From Chromera velia (lineage: Eukaryota): a DNA stretch of 49,138 nucleotides. This document shows, piece by piece, positions 25,302 through 35,078 of the stretch (position 1 is its first letter; every line of letters begins with the position of its first letter). The notes beneath the pieces were generated by a model. The model had not been told where the DNA came from. It saw nothing but the letters and a program-made list of their open reading frames with translations, and made no database searches. The position numbers and the translations under genes were made by a program. The stretch spans positions 1 through 49,138 of the forward strand of contig JAHBMJ010000425.1 in the NCBI GenBank assembly GCA_018398765.1. Reading direction: 5' to 3'.

Positions 25302-26162
25302 TCACACAGGTACGTCATTTGATGGGAGGGGTGCCCCGGAAGCGTTAGTTGCGCTCTCTTTGTAGGAATTCAGGAACCGGGCAAATGCGCGAGGCCCCGA
25401 GTCCCTCTGGACGCTGCAGAGAAGGAAGTGGGCACCACAAACTTCCTTAAAGGTATCAAACACGCCTTGCACATCCACCACGTTTGCACCTCTAAATGCC
25501 CACTCCTCCCTATCCCTTACACGTCCAGGAAAACAACCGTCAAGGGATCCTCTTTGACTGACGGAGGCGCACGCGGCTTGAAATTGTGTGAAGATCTCTG
25601 TTTTTTCCTCATCCGGTAGAGAAGCAATAAATGAGGAATCACTCTTCAGTATCACGGAGACGGTGTCAGGGTGGCAAGCCACAGGCAGACAGGCTGCTGT
25701 TTTGAGTTCGTCTCTGCAGGGAATTGCCTTCATTTCCTCAATGTCAGACCAAGGCACGGTGACTCTGGTGCCGGTGAACAGGTTCGGCATCTCGAGACCC
25801 TCTGGGGATACGGCGAGACCGAGCACCTTCCAGTTGCACCGCACTATCAGCCATCCAACTACACAGAGAAGGAGAAAGAGAGGAATGTAGATGGCAAACA
25901 GAATCAAAAGGGAGTCGAAGTCGATGCTCTGTTTCGCAGCTTTCTCGAAAATCTCGCCGAAAGTCCACCCAGAGGTGATTGCGTACACCACACACAGGAT
26001 GACAACCGTAAAACTGTAGATGATAATGTAGGTGACAAACATCAACGGCACCATCTGAATCAGACTGGGCAACTGAGAAAAGAAGTATTGGAAGAAAGAG
26101 CATTTGATTTCTTTTCGCACTGGAACCAGCGCTTCCGCTCGTCTGTCCTGTGGTTGGATCAT
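25302..26162 (-). CDS. Hypothetical membrane protein (286 aa; two hydrophobic segments then a PH-like beta region); start uncertain
   Basis: Uninterrupted non-repetitive ORF. Hydrophobic runs LMFVTYIIIYSFTVVILCVVYAI and LLILFAIYIPLFLLLCVVGWLIV are followed by LAVSPEGLEM..RVTVPWSDIEEM. Confidence 0.7.
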   Translation of the reverse strand: MIQPQDRRAEALVPVRKEIKCSFFQYFFSQLPSLIQMVPLMFVTYIIIYSFTVVILCVVYAITSGWTFGEIFEKAAKQSIDFDSLLILFAIYIPLFLLLCVVGWLIVRCNWKVLGLAVSPEGLEMPNLFTGTRVTVPWSDIEEMKAIPCRDELKTAACLPVACHPDTVSVILKSDSSFIASLPDEEKTEIFTQFQAACASVSQRGSLDGCFPGRVRDREEWAFRGANVVDVQGVFDTFKEVCGAHFLLCSVQRDSGPRAFARFLNSYKESATNASGAPLPSNDVPV

Positions 26163-27232
26163 AGTAGAACCACACCCAGATGTGATGAATGCTATGCGTG
26201 TTGCTGGACAGAAACGTCTTACTTACGACTTGAGGACACGCAACTGAAGTGAGTGCTCAAATATGTAGGACAAGCACTCGAGCGCTTATGAAAGGAGTGT
26301 GCTCTACAAAGAGTCTTGTGGGGCGGATCGAAGTGTTTGTTAATTAGCTCGTCTTTTTCTTTCAAGTTCTTCGAAAAGATGTCATCATGTCACATTCTGG
26401 CAGGGAGAAAAAAATGACTGACCTTCGCAACATGGCCCGGAAAGCGGAGGGCACTTAAAAACAACGTGATACACCCAACTAGTTGGGTGAGTGCATCGGG
26501 GGGCGCGTAGGTTGTTCCATAGAATGTCTATATGCTTGGAAGGGACGAATTTTTATGCTAATATCATACGCGATCTCCTGCATGGGGCCTCTTACACGCA
26601 TGCAGAATTCATTAAAGTGCGGAACTGCCCACCGAGTCGATGGCAGAAAAATGGCGGAGGTGGCCCGGAAAGCGTAGCTGAGGGGCACTTACAAAGAGTT
26701 GAGGTGGGAGCGCGCGTATGTACGTCGAGCATGCTAAATCTCCGATTGAAAAATCTGACGCACGCAGATGCATGTCCCGGAAATAGAGCTGAGGGGGCAC
26801 TTAATACAACATGAGTATAAGGGTCAAAACAAATGGAGTTAATTTTGATTGCTTTCCAGGCCATTCGCACGTGAAAGTACATGAAAGACTCGAGACGCCA
26901 CTAGATCTTCTCAACTAGAAGCTTATCATTAAAGTCTCTTAAAATCTTCTTACAGGGAAAGACTGAAAGATAGTTTGCATTGCATATTTCCATTCCTTTC
27001 ATTGTTCAGCCGTTTCATCTCATCACAGTACTCAACCTCTTCTTTCGTCCTGGAATACGAGAGGATTACATGTTAACCCTGTAGTATTATTTATTTTATG
27101 AGCATACTGCTATTGATTACAATTAATTCAACTTGCATGGAGAAGTATGCACATGCATGCCTGCAGCTTGGCATGGCTCATCAATCTATGAGGCGGGCAC
27201 TTCAGACATAGCGGCTCAACAGCACAGAGTAT

Positions 27233-27306
27233 ATCAGATAGGGGAATCGAACCCTGGACCATACGCATGTAGATGGAATGCTCTACCAAGTAAGCTGTAT
27301 TCTATA
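27233..27306 (-). pseudogene. tRNA-derived sequence (tRNA-Val(TAC)-like pseudogene or SINE head)
   Basis: Minus strand reads tacagcttacttggtagagca (A-box/D-arm) .. tctacat .. ggtccagggttcgattcccct (B-box/T-arm). Anticodon and acceptor stems pair poorly. Confidence 0.55.
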
Positions 27307-27763
27307 AAGAAATATGGCGAACCCGTGACGGCAACATGCTACACGTATAATGCAACTACCGGCCATGCACATACATCAAATTAACTTATCTTGATTCCAT
27401 ATTAAAATCAAACAAATACCCGATCCCCCCCCCTAAAAAAAAGATGAGCTTGCATGCGATCTCAGGGCCTCTCGGCTGATTTTAGCGAAGCTGAGCTGCC
27501 CCTCGAGGCACGACTGCACTTGGATCGCGTGGCTGGGCATGCGATTTCCTCGTAAATTTCGATAGAAAAGTGAGGGTGCAGGGGCTCGAACCCAAGACCT
27601 CGCCGCGTGGATCTTCAATCATCAAAGTTCGCTTTCCGGGCCATTCGCACGCTTCGCGTGCGTCAAATGTATGCCATGCATGCACGTACGCGTGCGTCAA
27701 TTCAAGCGAGAATATAAAGGTCAGGCACCTAACTATTTTCATACGCTTTACAGCATGATATAT

Positions 27764-28645
27764 AAGCCCCTGCCCTTGAATTTTGTACGCACGATTTGAC
27801 TGTAGCTCTGTATTGATCCATTTTTTTTTATTTTTTTTTTATTTTTATTTTTTTGAGAAAAAAAAAATGGTCGCTTCAAGGTGGATCCCTATTGATTTTG
27901 CCTTATAAGAGTATTGTCACACGCGCGGTGCGCGCGAAAACGATGCAAAAAAAAGCGTAATTTATGGTCTAACAACCTAGCCGTGCGCGGCCCAAGCCGT
28001 TTCCGCGGCCACTATGAAGGGGGGCATCTCGCGACTTTTTTTTTCCCTTCGAAAAACCGAATTACCGGCAGGGGGACATCTTTTTACCGCGCCTACCCCT
28101 GGTTCCCGCCGCTATAGAATAAAGAAAATGATGCCCCGTCTGCCTCAATCAGTCGTTATTTTCACTTCAGCCGCTCATTGCAAACAGCTGTTCCAGCAAA
28201 GGATCAGACCTCTTATCATTCAAAAAAATTGGAAGTATCTGCACGGCTGGACTATCAAGCAGGCTAACAAAGCAATCAAAACAGAAATTCGAACTATTTT
28301 TGGAAATTGTTGTGAGTGTTGTGGTGCTTCTGGCCTTCCCGATCTTCCTGGTGGGCGCAATCCGTATGATATGCATCACAACAACCACCCACTGGAAGTT
28401 CTCCCTCGGGAAGATCACAGTAAAAAAAATTGGGCACGGAAATGAAGACCAGTAGATCGATACTGTTTTTAACACCAATCACCCAGATGATGTTGAATTG
28501 ATCTATCAGTATTGCCATCATGTGCACAAGCACGATGCCTACCGACATATACCCGCACAGCCTGCTTGGTACAAAGCCTAACTTCAAAATTTTATCATCA
28601 AAATTTTATGCATTTTGACCGTACAAAATTCAAGGGCAAGGGCTT
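27764..28645 (+). mobile_element. Module A1: TIR-bounded HNH cassette
   Basis: TIRs 27764-27789 and 28620-28645 (1 mismatch); direct-orientation copy of 31561-32451. Confidence 0.88.
28128..28581 (+). pseudogene. Zn-finger HNH endonuclease-like ORF, copy 1 (11-nt deletion, TGG>TAG)
   Basis: CECCG..YDMHH, then after the frameshift DDVELIYQYCHHVHKH; aligns end to end with copy 2. Confidence 0.7.
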
Positions 28646-30106
28646 TAGTAAACCCAAACTCTAAAAGTAAACTATTTATTGATAGAGAGCAGATGAGACA
28701 AAAATAATACTATAGGAAGACTTAGGGCTGTAATATCTATAATTTTATAAATTATTTCAAAAAGCGATAATTTTTTAAAAAATAACATAAAATTAGCCTT
28801 ATAATGCTTAAGTGTTCAAACAATCAACTTGCGTGCTTGTGCAGTAGACAAGTGACGGCCTTTCTCCTTTCGAATGGCTTTGATATACAGAGGAACTTTC
28901 TGTGCCATTGCTTTAACCATGCCAGGGCTTTTTCTACCAGGCTTGAAGTACTTCTCGTGTGCGTTTTGCAATGCCTCCCACAGGGCATCCTTGCTTGGAT
29001 ATTCTTTCATCCCCCCTTGGTACACTTCAGTGTTCAGCAGCCCCCAGTATTTCTCAATCACATTTGCCAGCCAGAGCTTTGGTGGAAGAGAACGGAGCTT
29101 GATCTTCTTTTCAACCGCAAAAGTCCATACCTAAAGTGTTGTGTGACTACTGTTTAAATCATGAAGAACGTTCTTCGTAGTAAGGTGAGCGCATGGCATG
29201 TGTTCTACCATAGCAGGCAGTAGATACTCCTGAAAGAAGGTCAAGTACCGATCACCATTCAACCGGCCCTCAAACTTGTATAATTTTGTTGCCCCCCACT
29301 TGGAGATGGCAGCACAGATTGTGAAACCTGTATCTGGAGTGTTCGTTTTCTTGTGATGTTTGTAGGGTTTCTCTACATGGTATGCAGGAGCGCCTGTAGG
29401 GTACTTCACCTTTGAGTAGTAAACAACTTGGGTTGGAAAAGCCCCCTTCTGACAGAAGAAGGTTTCGTCGATGAACTAACAGGAGAGGAAATAGTTGAAC
29501 AACGCTTCTGTCTCCGCCCCTCCAAACTCATTTTGAATATCAGTGATCCATTTCACTCGGCCTTCCATCTGTTCCGGTTTCAAGAGAGGCTGTGTGTTTG
29601 TCTTTGTCTTCCCAACCGTCTCTTTATTCTTCTTCAACAGAGTACGGATCTGTTTCACTGTGATTTTGATGTTTTTTTGTTCCCACCACAGACTGATTTG
29701 GCTTTTCTAGACAAGACCGACTGCATCAGACTCCATCTATTCCAGAAACGCCTTCACAAGATCCTCTGGCAGTGTTGAAGGCTTGCCTGGGTTNNNNNNN
29801 NNNNTGTCTTCGATCATGATCATCATCAGACCCATGGTTGTACCTCCACCGACAAGTACTCTTTGGTCATTCAAGCAACCAAGCAATGTCATCATAGCTC
29901 CACTTTTTGACATCTCTTAATTTCCGAATCAACTGGGTTCCATTGACAGCTCGATACTCAGTTATACCGATGAAGCGTCTTGGTTTCAACTTTGACTTGC
30001 AATGCTTACTTTCTCTCACCTCGACCTCTCTTATGAGAAATTAACCAAACAACAGTTAACACATACGTTTTGAGAAAATTGACTTTTAAGGTTTAGGGTT
30101 GCCAAA
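28644..30106 (-). mobile_element. Module B1: Tc1-like (DD34E) transposase cassette, inactivated, with a small N gap
   Basis: Imperfect 28-bp TIRs (tttagtaaacccaaactctaaaagtaaa / ttgacttttaaggtttagggttgccaaa). ORF fragments 29476..29658, 29131..29409 and 28816..29061 match B2. Confidence 0.85.
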
Positions 30107-31562
30107 TTTAGTAAACCTAAACTCTAAAAGTAAATTATTTATTGATAGAGAGCAGATGAGACAAAAATAATACTATAGGAAGACTTAGGGCTGTAATATC
30201 TATAATTTTATAAATTATTTCAAAAAGCGATAATTTCTTTAAAAATAACCTAAAATTAGCCTTATAATGCTTAAGTGTTCAAACAATCAACTTGCGTGCT
30301 TGTGCAGTAGACAAATGACGACCTTTCTCCTTTCGAATGGCTTCGATGTACAGAGGAACTTTCTGTGCCATTGCTTTAACCATGCCAGGGCGTTTTCCAC
30401 CAGGCTTGAAGTACTTCTCGTGTGCGTTTTGCAATGCCTCCCACAGGGCATCCTTGCTTAGATATTCTTTCATCCCCCCTTGGTACACTTCAGTATTCAG
30501 CAGCCCCCAGTATTTCTCAATTACATTTGCCAGCCAGAGCTTTGATGGAAGAGAACGGAATTTAATCTTCTGTTCAACCGCAAAAGTCCGTACCCGAAGT
30601 GTTGTGTGACTACTGTCTAAATCATGAAGAACGTTCTTCGTAGTAAGGTGAGCGCATGGCATGTGTTCTACCATAGCAGGCAGTAGATACTCCTGAAAGA
30701 AGGTCAAGTACCGATCACCATTCAACCGGCCCTCAAACTTGTATAATTTTGTTGCCCCCCACTTGGAGATGGCAGCACAGATTGTGAAACCTGTATCTGG
30801 AGTGTTTGTTTTCTTGTGATGTTTGTAGAGTTTCTCCACATGGTATGCAGGAGCGCCTGTAGGGTACTTCACCTTTGAGTAGTAAACAACTTGGGTCGGA
30901 AAAGCCCCCTTCTGACAGAAGAAGGTTTCATCAATGAATCAACAGGAGAGGAAATAGTTGAACAACGCTTCTGTCTCCGCCCCTCCAAACTTATTTTGAA
31001 TATCAGTAATCCATTTCACTCGGCCTTCCATCTGTTCCAGTTTCAAGAGAGGCTGTGTGTTTGTCTTTGTCTTCCCAACCATCTCTTTATTCTTCTTCAA
31101 CAGAGTACGGATCTGTTTCACTGTGATTTTTATGTTTTTTTGTTCCCACCACAGACTGATTTGGCTTTTCTGGACAAGAGCGACTGCATTAGACTCCATC
31201 CATTCTAGAAACGCCTTCACAAGATTCTTTGACAGTGTTGAAGGCTTGCCTGGGTTGTCCTGTCTTCGATCATGATCATCATCAGACCCATGGTTGTACT
31301 TCCACCAATAAGTACTCTTTGGTCATTCAAGCAACCAAGCAATGTCATCATAGCTCCACTTTTTGACATCTCTTAATTTCCGAATCAACTGGGTTCCATT
31401 GACAGCTCGATACTCAGTCATACCGATGAAGCGTCTTGGTTTCAACTTTGACTTGCAATGCTTACTTTCTCTCACCTCGACCTCTCTTATGAGAAATTAA
31501 CCAAACAACAGTTAACACATACGTTTTGAGAAAATTGACTTTTAAGGTTTAGGGTTACCAAA
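30107..31562 (-). mobile_element. Module B2: Tc1-like (DD34E) transposase cassette
   Basis: Imperfect 28-bp TIRs (23/28 identical); tandem copy of B1. Confidence 0.87.
30279..31421 (-). pseudogene. IS630-Tc1-mariner DD34E transposase (~380 codons, two in-frame TGA)
   Basis: One frame carries HTH WSYDDIAWLLE*PKST, GRPR-like GKPSTLS, C*FIDET (D1), AAISKWG, GRLNGDRY, HDLDSSH (D2), and 34 residues later NVIEKYW (E). Confidence 0.85.
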
Positions 31563-32451
31563 GCCCCTGCCCTTGAATTTTGTACGCAGGATTTGACTGT
31601 AGCTCTGTATTGATCCATTTATTATTATTTTTTTTTTTATTTTTATTTTTTTGAAAAAAGAATGGTCGCTTCAAGGTGGATCCCTATTGATTTTGCCTTA
31701 TAAGAGTATTGTCACACGCGCGGTGCGCGCGAAAACGACGCAAAAAAAAGCGTAATTTATGGTCTAACAACCTAGCCGTGCGCGGCCCAAGCCGTCTTCG
31801 CGGCCACTATGAAGGGGGGCGTCTCGCGACGTTTTTTTTTCCTTCGAAAAACCGAATTACCGGCAGGGGGACATCTTTTTACCGCGCCTGCCCCTGGTTC
31901 CCACCGCTATAGAATAAAGAAAATGGTGCCCTGCCCGCCTCAATCAGTCACTATTTTCACTTCAGCCGCTCATTGCAAATAGCTGTTCCAGCAAAGGATC
32001 AGACCTCTTATCATTTAAAAAAATTGGAAGTATGTGCACGGCTGGACCATCAAGCAGGCTAACAAAGCAATCAAAACAGAAATTCGAACTATTTTTGGAA
32101 ATTGTTGTGAGCGTTGTGGTGCTTCTGGCCTTCCCGATCTTCCTGGTGGGCGCAACCCGTATGATATGCATCACGACAACTATCGTCTGGGCACCCACCG
32201 GAAGTTCTCCCTCGGGAAGATCACAGTAAAAAAAATTGGGCACGGAAATGAAGACCAGTGGATCGATACTGTTTTTGACACCAATCACCCAGATGATGTT
32301 GAATTGATCTGTCAGTATTGCCATCATGTGCACAAGCACAATGCCTACCGACATGCACCCGCACAGCCTGCTTGGTACAAAGCCTAACTTTAAAATTTTA
32401 TCATCAAAATTTTATGCATTTTGACCGTACAAAATTCAAGGGCAGGGGCTT
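31561..32451 (+). mobile_element. Module A2: TIR-bounded HNH cassette
   Basis: Perfect 26-bp TIRs at 31561-31586 and 32426-32451. Confidence 0.9.
31923..32387 (+). pseudogene. Zn-finger HNH endonuclease-like ORF, copy 2 (154 codons; CAG>TAG and CAA>TAA stops near the N-terminus)
   Basis: GNCCERCG...YDMHHDN...DDVELICQYCHHVHKH gives the CxxC..HH..CxxCH..H pattern typical of small HNH proteins. Confidence 0.75.
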
Positions 32452-34580
32452 ATATGTCATATTAATGGATTTAGACTCATTGAGAGTCATCACCATTGAG
32501 AATGACTGTCACTAGGACTGTCAATAAGTGATCGTTGCTAGGATTGTTGGTTGACTCCAGGCTGACAAACCTTCGCTGAGACCTGACGGGCCTGTGCAAA
32601 GATCAATTAAATGCCAGCGAGTGGCGACGCAATTGTGCCATATCGCAAGAAGAGCCACAGAAGGCTCAACAGAGGAGTGTGGATGGAAGAGCAAGAGGGG
32701 GGGAAGATCGACTTTGTATGGGAAAGTGAGTGTAGAGGCAGAAAAAATCAAGTAAGGCAGAACACGAAGTCTTAGACAGATTGGATGCATGGGTGAAGCA
32801 AGCAAGAATTAATGGGTGCAAGAAAAGAAGAGGACGACGCTGGATCGAATAAAAGTCAAGCCGTGACCCTTCACAGCTTGAAGAACGAGGGAGAAAAGAA
32901 GAAAGATAGAAAAGAATGAGACAGCGTAGTCCATCCAGCTGCAAGACTGGGTCACATGATAATACGTGTACTATGCCAGGCTACTACAGACAGAGGAAGT
33001 CCAGACAAGACCCCACGACACTCTGTCCAGTCTTTCCATTTGTTGATCAATGAATCTACGATCGGTATCTTTCCGTGTCTTCCTGCCAATGTCCGCTCTC
33101 TTCTTTTTCCCCTTTCTTCTCCTCTGTCGCACTTGATGGCCCCACAAACAAAGTTCCTCTCAACGATCTTCCCCTCGCCTTTCTCTCACGACAATGCTCG
33201 CTACTTTCTCCTTGCTTCCTCAATGACATACCTCTTTTCTTCCAATTTTCCTTCGTTTCCGCTAACCTCTGTCTCTCTCTATACCCTGTGGCTTTCTTTC
33301 TCGATCATCCAGTTGATTAGTCCAGTAAAAGAATTCAAAACGAACGACCGGCCGACCCGGCACGGGACGCCGACCCGACACCCACTCGGCGCTCCTCTTC
33401 TTCTTTTCCTCTTCTCTCGTTCAAGTCTGCGTTCCCTCTCAAGCACCGGAATCAACCAGAAAGATCGAATCTTTCTCTTCTTACTGTCCGAATATGAGTT
33501 CTGGCTTGCGCTGTTTTCTTCACGGACAGGACAGCTTCTCATGCATGCATGGTTTTTCTTTGTTGGTTGGTAGACAGTTAGTGAGCAGACGTAGAGGAAA
33601 GGGAGGAAGCAAAAAAGTGTGTAGAACTAAAGAAGAGGAAGAAACAAGTCAGTGGACCGGAAAGAAAGCCAGCAAAAAGGTATTCCCGCGTTCTCTTCTC
33701 CCTTCTCGCTCAGTCTCTGCTGGATAACGCACGACGTACTGAAGCGTTGAGGAATGGAAAAGTGGGGAGTTTGAGGGAGTGAGACAAAAGAGCGCAGCAA
33801 GAAATAAAAAAAAACGCCAGACAAAAAAGACAGACAGACAAAAAGAAAGAAAGAAAGAACGATACGATATCACGAGCTGCACGATGGCAAACTTTTGAAA
33901 GATTGTGCTCTTTGTTTTCCTGCTCGTCAATCAGACGAATCCATCAACAATGCAATGCTGCGTTTCCTTCCCTCCTCGTCTCTTTGTCCTTTTGTTCTGC
34001 TGGTCTCTCCTCGTTTATACCTCTTCTCACCAACAGACAGCCAGAGACAAAGACAGCGACAGGCCGACAACCATGCGCAAACAGCCAGACGGGAGGAGAG
34101 ACGAAGGGGAGAAAAATCGGAGTGTTGTTGTTATATGTCTCAGAGGAGTTCTATTTACCTGTTCCCTTCTTTCTTCCACTGTCCTTCCCTCCAACATACC
34201 GCTTTGACCCCTGTCCTTCCTTCATCGGCCTCCGTCGCCCCCCTTCCTTGATCCGTTCCTTTCCGACAAAAGCAATTAAAAAAACTCTCACGCCTTCGCT
34301 ATTTCCTCACCCAGACCATCCTTGGACCTCACTCAACTCACATCCCCCCATCTCCACAGGTGATGATTCCTCTTCACTTCCACTCTGAGCTCCCTTCTCA
34401 GTAAACGTGCTGGTCACTGCACGAACCAGACAATTAAGCAGGGACGGAGAGAGAATGGAAAAATGAAAACCGAATGCAGCACCATCGGTCCATGTTCGAT
34501 GAAACAACACGTGCGAAACAGTGAAACAACGGTCGGGGAAAAAGGATCAGTCCGTGCCAAACTTCCCTTCCCTATTTCAT

Positions 34581-35034
34581 TCAGACCAAGCAAGCAACTG
34601 ACTCGAAATTCTTGACCCTGCTGAAAGCGACCTTAAGCTCCCTGCACGCGCAAACACGCAAAGAGAGACAAGCAGGGAGAGCGACAGAGAGAGAGAGAGA
34701 GACAGAGAGACAGACATGACAAAATGCATGAGTGTCTGGATGAATGCAATGGCATAAACGAAGAAGAAAACTGAAAAAAAAAGTGGTGCGTCGGGATCTT
34801 CACAACAGGCCTGAAGAGAAAACCGGTTCACTTCACGACTCCAAAGCAGCAAGGGAGTGCTTTTCAGTGTGTGCAGACGACGAAGCTACTTTGCAGTTCC
34901 TTCTTACTTCGAGAACTTGAGTATGCGCGGGAGGCGGTAACATACTTCTCTCTGTCTCTCGGTGCCCGCTCTTTCTATGTGCATCTGGGAGCGAATGTTC
35001 ATGCGCTGCTAAATGTATGCTCCGACCACCAAGC

Positions 35035-35078
<44 letters not shown>

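Larger units (their letters stand above)
27764..32451. mobile_element. Composite A-B-B-A transposon array (HNH cassette, two Tc1-type transposase cassettes, HNH cassette), TA-flanked
   Basis: The outer ends are a perfect 26-bp IR (aagcccctgcccttgaattttgtacg at 27764-27789 and 32426-32451) set in TATA on both sides. The four modules abut directly. Confidence 0.85.

Noticed and set aside
31323..31325. TGA shared by both transposase copies as evidence of stop-codon recoding
   Set aside because: Host genes here end in TGA. CGA>TGA deamination or inheritance from a dead parent copy is simpler, and both copies carry other stops.
28644..31562. B1/B2 and A1/A2 as pure assembly duplication
   Set aside because: The copies differ by many substitutions and complementary lesions, although the N gap in B1 still warrants long-read confirmation.
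32956..33573. 205-aa ORF downstream of the array
   Set aside because: S/L/F-rich translation of a pyrimidine-rich tract with no domain or splice support.
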